A stretch of DNA of 64,000 nt, taken from the IMG/VR virus record IMGVR_UViG_3300049218_000295, positions 64,001 through 128,000 of that record; one strand, given 5' to 3'. The notes under the pieces are model-generated. The model had not been told where the DNA came from and searched no databases. It saw only the letters and a list, made by a program, of their open reading frames with translations. This DNA is from a virus. The position numbers and the translations under genes were made by a program. Below are positions 7,406-17,621 of the stretch, piece after piece. The first letter of the stretch is position 1, and each line of letters starts with the position of its first letter.

Positions 7406-8203
7406 ATGGCAGGTTTTCCAGGCTCTTTTAATCCAGCAGGTACGTCGAATAGCAATGCTGCGAACGCCCAGTTCCAGAAGATTGTTGATGACCTAACTGC
7501 TTTGCAGAAAACAAGCACCATCTCCAGTAATGCTGGTACGTCCGGACACGACATACCGCTTGCTAACCAGACCTCCTTTTCATCCATTATTGCGGCCCAA
7601 AACGCCGTAAACCGTACGGCCTGGGTGATGAGCACTACGGAGTGGCTTTCTGCTTCGCCACAGAGGGGAATAGTTTGGACGGCCAACCCTTCGGACATCA
7701 CTTGGAATATGGCACAGCGCTCGACTCATTCCAAAAACCTGTTTGGAACAGTGATGCATGTCTGGCCTGATAATGGGCGCGATACCTTTTTCGATGAATT
7801 AAGGCTAACGCTCAACTTACAGTCTTCAAATATCCTACCAGTGCGCAGTAAATCCGCCGCCAGTGGTTGGGTAGCTCCTCCTGGGATGGGAAACTTCTAC
7901 GACTTCATGCAACTAGTAGATGCGCCCAAGCTCACTTCTAATGGCCGAGCTAACTTGGTTTCAATACAATACAACAGCGCGTTATTCCCGCAGCTCACTC
8001 TTCTGGGGATGTTCGATTCATCCGGCATTCGGTTTACAGATTCTAGTGCTACACCTAATCAAGTAAGCTCTTGGACGGCGGACTTTATAGTATATGATAC
8101 AGCTCCCCGTCTCACCAGCCTGTCTTCAGGTACTCAGAGTAACTCATCTTTATTGGACCTTTGGTTCAGGCAGAGAGTCACGAACAACGCTGTGCCTACA
8201 TAA
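7406..8203 (+). CDS. putative tail-tube-initiator / baseplate-hub-like virion protein
   Basis: WTANPSDITW...LTLNLQS pattern seen in tube-fold baseplate proteins; Ser/Thr/Asn-rich. Confidence 0.5.
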   Translation: MAGFPGSFNPAGTSNSNAANAQFQKIVDDLTALQKTSTISSNAGTSGHDIPLANQTSFSSIIAAQNAVNRTAWVMSTTEWLSASPQRGIVWTANPSDITWNMAQRSTHSKNLFGTVMHVWPDNGRDTFFDELRLTLNLQSSNILPVRSKSAASGWVAPPGMGNFYDFMQLVDAPKLTSNGRANLVSIQYNSALFPQLTLLGMFDSSGIRFTDSSATPNQVSSWTADFIVYDTAPRLTSLSSGTQSNSSLLDLWFRQRVTNNAVPT

Positions 8204-8217
8204 ATAGTAGCAGAGGG

Positions 8218-8224
8218 TTATCTT
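8218..8224 (+). promoter_or_regulatory. TTATCTT putative late-promoter element
   Basis: Intergenic, upstream of SD AAGGAG and ATG 8248. Confidence 0.5.
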
Positions 8225-8247
8225 TTAATTTTAAGGAGAGTGAAAGC

Positions 8248-8823
8248 ATGGCCACATTGACGTTGCTCAAAGAAAAGGGTATCTACTCGTACTACGACTT
8301 TACGATTCCGAGGGCTGCTCTCCGTTTGGACGAGTTGCAATCCGACAACGTAATGGCGATTGCACGCACTGACAATGGACCCGTGGTGGCCTATTTGATT
8401 AGCGCTGCTTGGTATACTGGACAGCTCGCTCTCATTTCTTCGAACCAGGGGACTGCTCCATCGGTAAGCATCACCACTCGTGCTGATGACTATCTCGGTG
8501 GCAATGTTTCCACTCTTGTGAACCTCGTGAACGGAACGCCTGAAGTGGCTTCCGAACAGCCTTGGTTCAACAACGCAGGTACCACCTATAGTGCTTATAA
8601 GATGTTTGGTTTCGTCCGCACTGCTCAATTCTGGGAAGACCCAGATAAAGCGAAGCTCGAAGCTTTGAACCAAGAAGGTGGCAACTACGACCCTAAAGTG
8701 GCTGTAGATGGCGGACCTAACGTCCCTAACGTTCAAGGTACACCAGACAACATGAGCATCGGTGGAACAATCCTCGGATACTTGATTAGCCCAGCTCTTT
8801 ACGCGATCTTAGCGGCGGCTTAA
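8248..8823 (+). CDS. hypothetical virion protein
   Basis: ATG 8248 after AAGGAG. Confidence 0.75.
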   Translation: MATLTLLKEKGIYSYYDFTIPRAALRLDELQSDNVMAIARTDNGPVVAYLISAAWYTGQLALISSNQGTAPSVSITTRADDYLGGNVSTLVNLVNGTPEVASEQPWFNNAGTTYSAYKMFGFVRTAQFWEDPDKAKLEALNQEGGNYDPKVAVDGGPNVPNVQGTPDNMSIGGTILGYLISPALYAILAAA

Positions 8824-8840
8824 TCTCCAAGGAGGCTTCC

Positions 8841-10826
8841 TTGGCGTCCCACTCTCGTGCTCTGATTTTTGATACCAAGGGCAATGTCTTACTCGGCCTC
8901 GAAGCCCACTCACAAGAGTATGGTCTGGTTGGCGGCCATTGCAAAGAAAATGAACACCCTGTCGACGCTTTGCTGCGTGAAATCCACGAAGAGACTAAAC
9001 TCGGACCCAATTTCCGCCATCTCGAATATCTAAGAGACTACCTCGATAATTCAATTTTTCTGGTTATTGTCGACCCACCCCCCGCCATTCCGGACCCATC
9101 GCAGGACCCAGACTGTGAATTTTTGTCTTTCATCTGGGCTGACCCTGCCCATCCTCCCGATAATATTTCGGAGTTCGCTTCCGATGTTCTTTTCCATTAC
9201 TTATGTGGACTAGTGGGCAAAGTTACTGCTTCAGTGCAATGGAGTGATTACGTCAAAGGTGAATGGTGGCTGACCAAAAACGGCTCAGAATTCGCTGATA
9301 TTGACGCAGGAGACGCTGGGCATGAACAAATTGCGCTCCAAAACCTTCTAGGTGAACATTTCGACGAGTTTAAAGAAGCTCTCGACCCTAATGATAAAGA
9401 CAAGAACCTTCAAGAAACTGACGATTTAGTGGCATATTACTGGAACGAAGGGAAAATACCGGACGACGTAGGCTCTAAGATCATGGGTCCGGAGTTATGG
9501 AAAGACCTTAAAAGTGACGTCCGTCTAGCTTACGCCAAACATCGCGGCGCAATTCTAGCTATTGATTTTAATTTTGCGGCCTATAAGGTCACAGCAAATA
9601 CTATCTCAACCATTCAAGACCATATCTATGAACAGGTCTCGGGCTCCGAAATTTCGGAGCTTGAGGGTGATGTTACCGTCGTCGTAGAAGAGTATTCCAC
9701 AGGTAAGTCGTCCAGCCTACCGGTCAATGATTTCTTAAACATCAAGAACCCCGGCCAGCTTTGGCGAGCTGTAGCTGGTGTAATCGAAGTCCTAGTAGAC
9801 GGTGAAAAAATTGGTGAGTTCGCGGACGACCAGGTTTGGGAAACTATTCCTAGACTGGCCCAGGAGCGAGCTAGGGGCAAAAAGGTCTCCTTCAGACAAG
9901 TTCTTGATTCGGGCGAAATTGTTGATATGAACTTGGGTGTCGGATTGCCGGGTCTCTCTGAATCTGCTATCAACGACCTAGAATCTGCGATTGATGAATT
10001 TCGAGACCACCAGGCCGACTATGTAGGATATCTAAAAATGACTGACAGCGTAGCCCAGGACCTACGAAATGATTTGGAAAGAGCAGATCGCATCCCAATC
10101 TACCGCTGTGTATCCTTTGATGATAAAGATTTGTTTCTTAAAGGTCTGCAGTCTCATGGGACGGGAATTTTTTGGTCCTTCAACCCGGACAAAGCGGTTT
10201 GCTATTGGGGCGACAAAGACAACCCCTTTTACGCTATCCTAACGGGCATAGCGGGTGATTCTGTCGATTGGCTCGGAACTGTTGAGCAACACATGCGACC
10301 TTCCACAGCCGGGGAAGATGAAATTCGCCTCTTGCCGCACAAATCTGTCCAAGTAAAAGAAGTCGAAATCTTCGAGCGTTCTACTAGAGAATCTACAGTG
10401 GTCCCTATCAATAAACGCCTGAACACTGGAAGTCGTGAACAAGATAGAAGCGAGCCACCCGCCCAGCTTTCTGCGTCGCTAAGCCTTGAAGGTGTAATCC
10501 TAAAGATCGTGAACTATTACTTCGAGAACTACTTCGGCGTTGATTGCCCGCAAATTCTAGTAACGACAATAACGACCTCTGAGCCTTGGCTAGCAAAGAC
10601 CGAAAACTCGGATAAAGGTATCGAGTTGATTGTTAATAGGGCTATCGCACAAGTCCCGAAGGTCCTGAAGCAGGCAGTAGCACATGAATCAATACACATA
10701 TTTCTGTATTCTCAGGGCAAGTTCGAAGACCCACACGGCTCTGAATTTAGTAAGTGGGCCGAGATTATCAACTCCGACGAAGGACCCAATTACATCTCCA
10801 AAACCGCAAACGAGACGTCCTTCTAA
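8841..10826 (+). CDS. polyvalent protein: NUDIX + unknown + ADP-ribosyltransferase-like + SprT-like metalloprotease
   Basis: Nudix box GGHCKENEHPVDALLREIHEET; IYR...FWS...EDEIRL (R-S-E); HESIH...HGSEF; SD AAGGAGG. Confidence 0.75.
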   Translation: MASHSRALIFDTKGNVLLGLEAHSQEYGLVGGHCKENEHPVDALLREIHEETKLGPNFRHLEYLRDYLDNSIFLVIVDPPPAIPDPSQDPDCEFLSFIWADPAHPPDNISEFASDVLFHYLCGLVGKVTASVQWSDYVKGEWWLTKNGSEFADIDAGDAGHEQIALQNLLGEHFDEFKEALDPNDKDKNLQETDDLVAYYWNEGKIPDDVGSKIMGPELWKDLKSDVRLAYAKHRGAILAIDFNFAAYKVTANTISTIQDHIYEQVSGSEISELEGDVTVVVEEYSTGKSSSLPVNDFLNIKNPGQLWRAVAGVIEVLVDGEKIGEFADDQVWETIPRLAQERARGKKVSFRQVLDSGEIVDMNLGVGLPGLSESAINDLESAIDEFRDHQADYVGYLKMTDSVAQDLRNDLERADRIPIYRCVSFDDKDLFLKGLQSHGTGIFWSFNPDKAVCYWGDKDNPFYAILTGIAGDSVDWLGTVEQHMRPSTAGEDEIRLLPHKSVQVKEVEIFERSTRESTVVPINKRLNTGSREQDRSEPPAQLSASLSLEGVILKIVNYYFENYFGVDCPQILVTTITTSEPWLAKTENSDKGIELIVNRAIAQVPKVLKQAVAHESIHIFLYSQGKFEDPHGSEFSKWAEIINSDEGPNYISKTANETSF

Positions 10827-10853
10827 ACAAATACACAGACCACGTCTCAGGAA

Positions 10854-10860
10854 TTATCTT
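10854..10860 (+). promoter_or_regulatory. TTATCTT putative late-promoter element
   Basis: Intergenic, upstream of SD GGAGG and ATG 10881. Confidence 0.5.
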
Positions 10861-10880
10861 AAAAAAGTCACGGAGGTCTT

Positions 10881-11201
10881 ATGTTCATTGTTCTTGGAGC
10901 AGTAGCAGTTCTAGCCATCGTAGTAGCGCTCTACAAGCATTTCAAGCCAGCTTGTTTTGGGGATTCTTTCCCTGTCAGCGGGGCGGGAAATGTAGTTGTC
11001 AACCTGGACGATAAGCCTTACAACATCTCGGCGGGTTTTGTTGATGCTGCCGGTCAGATTCCGAGCTGTGCGCAATATGATGATTCAGTGATGATTGAGC
11101 TTGTTTCAGGAGCTAACGGCTACGCTGCGAAGATTTCTTGGAATGTTATCAATCCCCGCATGTTGAAGTATCAAATCTGCGGGTGCGGTCCCAAACTCTA
11201 A
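10881..11201 (+). CDS. N-terminally membrane-anchored hypothetical protein
   Basis: MFIVLGAVAVLAIVVALY hydrophobic segment; SD GGAGG. Confidence 0.7.
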   Translation: MFIVLGAVAVLAIVVALYKHFKPACFGDSFPVSGAGNVVVNLDDKPYNISAGFVDAAGQIPSCAQYDDSVMIELVSGANGYAAKISWNVINPRMLKYQICGCGPKL

Positions 11202-11226
11202 CTGGCGGTTAATATGAAGGGCCAAT

Positions 11227-12519
11227 ATGTTTGTAGGTTATCGAGGTCGAAATATTCTATGGGCAAGTCCTACTAGATATTCTACGGACGCTCAGCATGA
11301 AGTCTTAGAGACCCCTCCTGACTTTCCTGTCTCTGACCCCGCAGTTATTGTACGTGAATACACCATCCACCGAGGACAACTTTTCAAAATTTCTGACCTT
11401 TACAACTGTGTTCCTGCTGATTGTAAAGTCGCCATGATTTCCCAATATGGCATCAATTGTGGGATAGCTACTTACACTAAGTATCTTTGTGACCAAATGC
11501 GGCCTATGGTTCGTGAGCTAAGAATTTTTGCTGAAGACGCAGACCCTGCCGACTGCCAAAATGATAGCAATGAAAATGTGGTTCGTTGCTGGAAGCGTTC
11601 CGGAGACTACAATCGGATTTTGGCGGAAATTGAAAAATTTGAACCCGATGTGGTCTTTGTGCAGCATGAGTATGGCAGCTTCAGCCACGGGGCGAACTGG
11701 AATACCTTAATCGGGCACCTCAATGCCAAATGGCGCACTGTGGTTGTGTTACACTCTGTCTATGACCACCCCGACAAGTTGATTTTTGAGGCTCCTTGTT
11801 CCGAAATTGTCGTCCATTCAAGCTCCGGTAGAGACCTTCTTAGACAACGTGGGGTTACCCACGCAACTATCAACCATATACCACATGGCTGCATGGAGCC
11901 AATCCTAACCAACGTCAAATTCTCTCGAATTGAGTCTAAACACGTCATCTTTCAGTACGGTTTCGGTTTTGAATACAAGGGCTGGGAAAATGCTTTAGCA
12001 ATTGTTGATAAACTCAAAGACAAATATGAAGACCTAGTTTACATCGGTGTCTTCAATGTATCCAAGTTTTCTGAATCTTTTAACAATATGTATTACGACA
12101 AGCTCATGGAACTGGCTCGGGAGAAGAAACTCGAGAAGCACTTTGTGCTACACAAAGGCTTCCGTTCTGAGCCCATACTACTTAGCTATATGGCGCAATC
12201 CCATATCAATCTTTTCCCTTATTGGAACCACCACGAGTGGAGAGTACATGGAGCCTCGGGCGCGGTGCGCCTAGCTCTAGCTAGCGGGACTCCTACAATT
12301 GTGGGCGATGTCCCATTCTTCTCCGAGTTTAAAGGCCACATCCCCGTTTGTTCTTCTATTGATGAATACGTGAGTACCATTGCTTCCATCTTTGAGGACC
12401 CAGCGGCGAAAGCGGACGTTCTTCAAAAGACACACAAGTTTATTTCGGACCGCACCTGGAACAAAATCGCCCAAGGCTATTTACAGGTGCGACCGGGAAG
12501 AGAATTAACGGCTATATGA
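11227..12519 (+). CDS. glycosyltransferase family 4 (GT-B)
   Basis: CGIATYT, VQHEYG, IPHG, FGFEYKG and SGAVRLALASGTP motifs. Confidence 0.9.
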   Translation: MFVGYRGRNILWASPTRYSTDAQHEVLETPPDFPVSDPAVIVREYTIHRGQLFKISDLYNCVPADCKVAMISQYGINCGIATYTKYLCDQMRPMVRELRIFAEDADPADCQNDSNENVVRCWKRSGDYNRILAEIEKFEPDVVFVQHEYGSFSHGANWNTLIGHLNAKWRTVVVLHSVYDHPDKLIFEAPCSEIVVHSSSGRDLLRQRGVTHATINHIPHGCMEPILTNVKFSRIESKHVIFQYGFGFEYKGWENALAIVDKLKDKYEDLVYIGVFNVSKFSESFNNMYYDKLMELAREKKLEKHFVLHKGFRSEPILLSYMAQSHINLFPYWNHHEWRVHGASGAVRLALASGTPTIVGDVPFFSEFKGHIPVCSSIDEYVSTIASIFEDPAAKADVLQKTHKFISDRTWNKIAQGYLQVRPGRELTAI

Positions 12520-13526
12520 AAGTCAACTTCCTGGGCTGGTATGGCCGCGACAATCTCGGGGATGAGGCCTTTAAACTCGCCCATAATGAGCTTTTCCCGT
12601 CAGTAGAGCGAGTCTATACGGTTGACCATTTGGACAAATCCGCAGACCTGGTGGTTCTTGGCGGTGGGGATGTTGTTAAAAGTTTCTATCTTAATAAGAT
12701 ACCAGAAAGGGTTCCTTATTATGCTTTCGGAGTCGGAATGGGCTACGACTCGGAAGTGGAACTCTTTAAAAAGAAACCGCCCGTTCATGCCTACATGCGT
12801 AGCCACCACGACACAAACTTGGCTTCGGACAATGGGATTAAAGCAAACTTCACACCAGACATCACTTTCATTTTGAACCCTCCTGGCAAAGGCTACCCGC
12901 TTCCTAATCGCTCTCAGGATGGTCGCAAAGCCATGGCGGTCATTTTAACCGACAGTATCAACCCAAGTTTTGGTAACAACAAAATCAAAGAGTTATCCTA
13001 TTCTGAATACTTCAAATGGGAAATGGCCCAATCCCTTTCAGAATTGTCCCAGTGGTACCAAATCTACTTCTTGCTCTACTCCTGGGATCAGTATTCCAAC
13101 GACCTCAGAATGGCGCTGGATGTGAAAGCTCGGATGAGTGGGGACTCCGCCCCCATTATCATCGAAAAGCAATTTGACACTCTGGAATCACTTGACGCCA
13201 TGGGAGAGTTTGATCTGGTGGTTTCTATGAAGTTTCACGGGGTCATATTCTCAACGATTGCCGCGACTCCTTTTGTCAACATTGGTCTCACCAAAAAGAC
13301 AGAACTCTTTTGTTTTGAAAACAACCTTTCGAACATTGCCATCCCTCCCCGGTCTTTCACCCATGAACGACTCATGGCTGCCATCAAAGAAGCTGAAGCT
13401 CCGGGGGTGTCGGAAAAGCTCCAAGCTATTACTCAGCGAAACCAGCTTGACCTCATAGCTATTCGAGACCAGATTGCTAAGGACTGGTTATCTTCAAAAG
13501 GTGACCAGACCAAAAGTTCTAAGTAG
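12516..13526 (+). CDS. polysaccharide pyruvyltransferase family protein
   Basis: GWYGRDNLGDEA, LGGGD, PDITF and SMKFHGVIFS motifs. Confidence 0.85.
   Translation: MKVNFLGWYGRDNLGDEAFKLAHNELFPSVERVYTVDHLDKSADLVVLGGGDVVKSFYLNKIPERVPYYAFGVGMGYDSEVELFKKKPPVHAYMRSHHDTNLASDNGIKANFTPDITFILNPPGKGYPLPNRSQDGRKAMAVILTDSINPSFGNNKIKELSYSEYFKWEMAQSLSELSQWYQIYFLLYSWDQYSNDLRMALDVKARMSGDSAPIIIEKQFDTLESLDAMGEFDLVVSMKFHGVIFSTIAATPFVNIGLTKKTELFCFENNLSNIAIPPRSFTHERLMAAIKEAEAPGVSEKLQAITQRNQLDLIAIRDQIAKDWLSSKGDQTKSSK
13488..13494 (+). promoter_or_regulatory. TTATCTT putative late-promoter element (leaderless)
   Basis: Motif ends 6 nt before the in-frame GTG 13501. Confidence 0.5.
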
Positions 13527-14370
13527 TATCCTCGACTTCCCACGGAAGACTCTATCCCAGAAGCTCTGGGTTTATGACTCCCCCGAGGACTTGCCCCACC
13601 TGGACCCCCAGTTGCGTGACCTCATACTTTCCAAGGCCAAAGAAAGTCTATCTCACTTCAACGCGGACCTCTTAGGTTGTCTGCTCTATGGCGGTTCGGC
13701 ATCCTATCAGTGGACCGATGGGGCGGATGTCGATTGCTCTCTGTATATAGATTGGTCAAAGGTTAAACACTCCTTTGAGGAAATCGAGCCATACTTTAAA
13801 GAGATTGAAATCCCATTCCGGGGACATCCAGTCCATCTCTTTGTGAAACCACCGGACCAGAAGGACCAGTTCGAAGTTGCAGACGCCTACTATGATGTTC
13901 TCCACGATGAGTGGGTTCTACCCCCTTTAGTTCTACCAAAAGATTTCGACCCCGATGAGTACTTCAAGCCCCTAATCAAGGCCGCGCACAAGAAGGCCGA
14001 GAAAATTGACCTCAAAATAGGTGAGCTGCGGAGATCTTGGAAAGTCTTGGAGAAGGCCCATGACGCGTTGCCAGAAGCAAGGGACATGAAAGCCGTGCAG
14101 GAGCGTATCGAGATCGAGCGTAAAAAGGCCCTTGAAACGGCTAAGTGGCTGGCCGATGAATTCATTAAGGTCCGGGAAAAGCGGTATGCTTTACACGACA
14201 AGATCCGCGAGCAAATCAACCAGGGAAAAGACGTTGGTAGACTGGCTCGTTTCCAAGAACCCGAGGTGATTTGGAAGTATTTGGACCGGGCTGGCTATAA
14301 TGACTTCCTCTATAAGGTCCGCAAGGCTCTTGACTCCGGTGCTCTAGAAGCTATTCTCAAAGCATATTAG
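13501..14370 (+). CDS. Pol-beta-superfamily nucleotidyltransferase
   Basis: YGGSASYQWTDGADVD (GS...DxD); start GTG 13501 inferred from promoter spacing (track start 13474). Confidence 0.75.
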   Translation: MTRPKVLSSILDFPRKTLSQKLWVYDSPEDLPHLDPQLRDLILSKAKESLSHFNADLLGCLLYGGSASYQWTDGADVDCSLYIDWSKVKHSFEEIEPYFKEIEIPFRGHPVHLFVKPPDQKDQFEVADAYYDVLHDEWVLPPLVLPKDFDPDEYFKPLIKAAHKKAEKIDLKIGELRRSWKVLEKAHDALPEARDMKAVQERIEIERKKALETAKWLADEFIKVREKRYALHDKIREQINQGKDVGRLARFQEPEVIWKYLDRAGYNDFLYKVRKALDSGALEAILKAY

Positions 14371-14400
14371 TCGGACTTGCCATGTTTAAATTAAAGCCAT

Positions 14401-16566
14401 ATGGCTATCCAACCAGCACAAAATTGTCTCTTCCCTCAGGATTTGGACGCGGCTACTGCCGCGTTGCTCCAAGACCTTGGAGACCGGTTTAACTCCGCAA
14501 ACGCTGATATTCAGGCCATCAAGAATTCCGCTGCTGCACAAGCAATACCTTCCCTGCTTGAGCAAGGCAATCTCATCCTAAACCAGCTTCTACAACAAGG
14601 CGACGGTACGTCGGATCTCAAAACGACCACGGACCTCGAAACGCAATATGGACTTGAAGTAGCAAACGCTACCCCCTGTCAGCGAGAACAATTTCTATAT
14701 TACGCTGGCGTGCTCATGGTCGGTGGAGTCCTATTTGTGGATGGAAGTCTCTCACCAAATTCCGCCGATGCCGACAACATTGAAGTTCTGAGAACGATTT
14801 ACTACGCCTGCGGTAGAGACCTAACCCGGATGCGGAAGTTTCTTGCTTACCAGCGCCCGCTCATTTTCAACAATTCTTTCACCATCGCTCAAATCCCAGC
14901 GGCAGATGTTAATACTCCTTACACGGCAGCACAGATCCAACGCCTCTTGAACCTCTCCTATGTCCCTGACATTGCCTATAACCCCGACAATTCCGCAGTA
15001 GCGCTGGTCTCTCAATTTGTGGCCGAGAATCAGTCCTTATATCAAACTTCTCAGCAGACGGGTTTACCAATCGAGAATTTGGTTGTGGTCTACGTGCACT
15101 ATTTACAGGTGGACAACAGTCAGGCCAACATTAACAAATTGACCTCTTGGGGTTATTCGGGTGATACTTTAAACGCAATCCTTTCGGATACAAACTTAAT
15201 CGACCTTTCGGACGACCCAATCCAAGCGGATATTAAGAGTTCTCAGACCCTTGCAAGTAGTTTGGTAAACGCTATTGACTTTGTTACCCAACGTTTGAGC
15301 GTTCTCACTTACGTAGACTCTCAGAACATTATCAAGAACCTGCAGAATAAGCTTAACGCCATTATTACCGCCCACAATCAAACCATTGCTCAGTCAAAGT
15401 TTAGAGTAACGACTCAACTAGAAACTAATGCGTTCTCCCAACTGGACCAGTACCTGTCTGATGAAGATCTTATTTGCTTATTTGAGGTCCGGACTGAGGT
15501 CAAGGGAATTTGGTTTGGAGCTTCTGACCAGGATAAACTCAATGCTATCAACAGTCCGGCTACTCCCGGCAGCAGCTCCATTTCAAACCTCTATGTAAAT
15601 TCGCAACCAACACCTCCAATTGATCAAACAACGCTTTTGCAAATGGCTTCTTATCTGGTCCAAGCACAAAAGGGCATCAACACTTTCACCTATAACTCCT
15701 TACTCACTGCTCGCCAAGCCCTAGTTAACTTTGGGGCTTCGGACCCTATTCCAGCAACTTCGACCAACTCTACCCCCCTGCAGGGTGGAGTAACGATGTC
15801 CACCCCAGCGGATGGCATCATCCAAAATATGAACTTTAATGACTCCTTCGAAATTGACGCCAAACTGGGCGCAATAGACGCCGCACTTAGTACTCTTGGT
15901 AACTTCCTAGAGAGCACCATCGCCGGACCGCTCGCAAGCGTCATTAACATTTTGGTTGGAATTATCAAGGCCGCCTATGCTGCCTGTGACACTTTGGAGG
16001 CCTCACTTAGGGCTGCGATTCTGCCACTGAAACAACAAGTGGACTCATTCACAAGCAAGTACCTTACTTTGGTAGGCTCCGGAACCTTCAACAGTTCGTT
16101 ACTAAAATGCGCTATCAACTTCAACATCGGAGTCTCGGCTCCGATTTTAGATGATTTATTAGGCATTATTGACCAGCTTTCGCAGGCCATCCAAAATTTA
16201 ATTTCCCAATTTGCGAATTTGATTGACAAAATGCTGGAAAACATTTTGTGTTTGCCCATCAATCTACTCAATTCTTTCCTGGGTTCAGTGAGTGCCAATC
16301 TGCCGTCGGTCTGCCAAGCCCCGAAAGTCAATCTAGGTAATCCTCTTGAAACTGCGCTTACCAACCTCCGGAACGCTTCAATGTATCGCAACCAAGTTTA
16401 TTACAACTATTCCAGAGATTTGCTCACCTATCACGCGCTTGTAACCAATGCACCCGAAATTTTGCAGCAGTTCAACAGTTCTTCGGTTTGTAACACCAAA
16501 GGAACTAATCAATTCTACAACACGGCCATGCTGAACATCGGCGGCGGAATTAAGAGCCCCTTCTAA
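14401..16566 (+). CDS. helical virion / baseplate-region protein
   Basis: 721-aa ORF, first gene of the baseplate operon, translationally coupled downstream. Confidence 0.7.
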   Translation: MAIQPAQNCLFPQDLDAATAALLQDLGDRFNSANADIQAIKNSAAAQAIPSLLEQGNLILNQLLQQGDGTSDLKTTTDLETQYGLEVANATPCQREQFLYYAGVLMVGGVLFVDGSLSPNSADADNIEVLRTIYYACGRDLTRMRKFLAYQRPLIFNNSFTIAQIPAADVNTPYTAAQIQRLLNLSYVPDIAYNPDNSAVALVSQFVAENQSLYQTSQQTGLPIENLVVVYVHYLQVDNSQANINKLTSWGYSGDTLNAILSDTNLIDLSDDPIQADIKSSQTLASSLVNAIDFVTQRLSVLTYVDSQNIIKNLQNKLNAIITAHNQTIAQSKFRVTTQLETNAFSQLDQYLSDEDLICLFEVRTEVKGIWFGASDQDKLNAINSPATPGSSSISNLYVNSQPTPPIDQTTLLQMASYLVQAQKGINTFTYNSLLTARQALVNFGASDPIPATSTNSTPLQGGVTMSTPADGIIQNMNFNDSFEIDAKLGAIDAALSTLGNFLESTIAGPLASVINILVGIIKAAYAACDTLEASLRAAILPLKQQVDSFTSKYLTLVGSGTFNSSLLKCAINFNIGVSAPILDDLLGIIDQLSQAIQNLISQFANLIDKMLENILCLPINLLNSFLGSVSANLPSVCQAPKVNLGNPLETALTNLRNASMYRNQVYYNYSRDLLTYHALVTNAPEILQQFNSSSVCNTKGTNQFYNTAMLNIGGGIKSPF

Positions 16567-17183
16567 TGCCAAATTTTTCTGACGCCCAATTAGCTTTGAT
16601 TCAGGAGCAGATGCTACCAGCAGACGAGCTTCCTTCATACTTCGATGCGCAGACCGGACAAGAAGTGGTCATCAGTAGAGATTTTGAAGCTTACTTGATT
16701 CTGCAGACGCAACAGCAAAAGCAGGCCACACTTACCTGGATCAATCAGGCCCTAAATTTTCAAGAAGACCGCTTAGACCGAGACGCTATTCTGACTAGGT
16801 ACTTAGTTAACAGAAACACTGACGACGTAGCCCGACTAGCAGAAATCAACACGAGACTTATGAACTTTGATGCTTTCCGAGCTGGGTTGCTTCTCGGAAG
16901 CACAGGCGGTTCAAATGTCTCAATCGATTGGTCTGACGTCATCGAAATCGACCTGCTTGCACAATCTCTCCAAGCTCCTCTCGACGAGATTGTTTTGCTA
17001 TATGATTTGACGTTTAATGAGCAGAACATGGTTGCAGTACTACAGCAGAGAATGTCGAACACATCTTACACACAAGCTGAAAAAGAAGAACTTCAATCCT
17101 GGCAGACGGTCATTTCTGACTATCAAGGGCAGAGTTCTGGCAGCCCTGCTCCTTCTACTCAGATTGGGGGTCCTACTACATGA
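16566..17183 (+). CDS. hypothetical baseplate-region protein
   Basis: TAATG coupling with the upstream gene. Confidence 0.7.
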   Translation: MPNFSDAQLALIQEQMLPADELPSYFDAQTGQEVVISRDFEAYLILQTQQQKQATLTWINQALNFQEDRLDRDAILTRYLVNRNTDDVARLAEINTRLMNFDAFRAGLLLGSTGGSNVSIDWSDVIEIDLLAQSLQAPLDEIVLLYDLTFNEQNMVAVLQQRMSNTSYTQAEKEELQSWQTVISDYQGQSSGSPAPSTQIGGPTT

Positions 17184-17614
17184 AGACTTTGCAAGTGGCA
17201 AACGGTGACCTTTACGTCGATGAGGCCATTGGAGACTTAGTTTATATCGAAGGTCTTAGCAAGGGCAATCAGGATGTAGCACGTCATTTGCTTTGTGCTT
17301 TGAACACATATTTCAATGAGGGCGATGAACTTTTGAATCTCTTATTTGATGGCGGAGCGGAGTTTTCAGATGCTCTCGCCTCGCAATATATTTACGAGTG
17401 CATCAATAGACTCATTGTCAAGCAACGCAATTCGGGTGCGGACCAAATGGTTCTGAAGGTACAACAAGTTCTGACACGTACAATCGGGCTTTCTACGCTA
17501 GTATTTTTAGTGGAGTGCCTATTCAACGATGGTTCTACCATCGCCGTGGTGGACACAATAACGCAAACCCCTGTAGCGCTAAACCAAATGCTACCGTCGG
17601 GATACGGGCAGTGA
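17180..17614 (+). CDS. baseplate wedge subunit, gp25/DUF2634-like
   Basis: MKTLQVANGDL...GDLVYIEG; size and position directly before baseplate J. Confidence 0.7.
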   Translation: MKTLQVANGDLYVDEAIGDLVYIEGLSKGNQDVARHLLCALNTYFNEGDELLNLLFDGGAEFSDALASQYIYECINRLIVKQRNSGADQMVLKVQQVLTRTIGLSTLVFLVECLFNDGSTIAVVDTITQTPVALNQMLPSGYGQ

Positions 17615-17621
17615 GGATATA

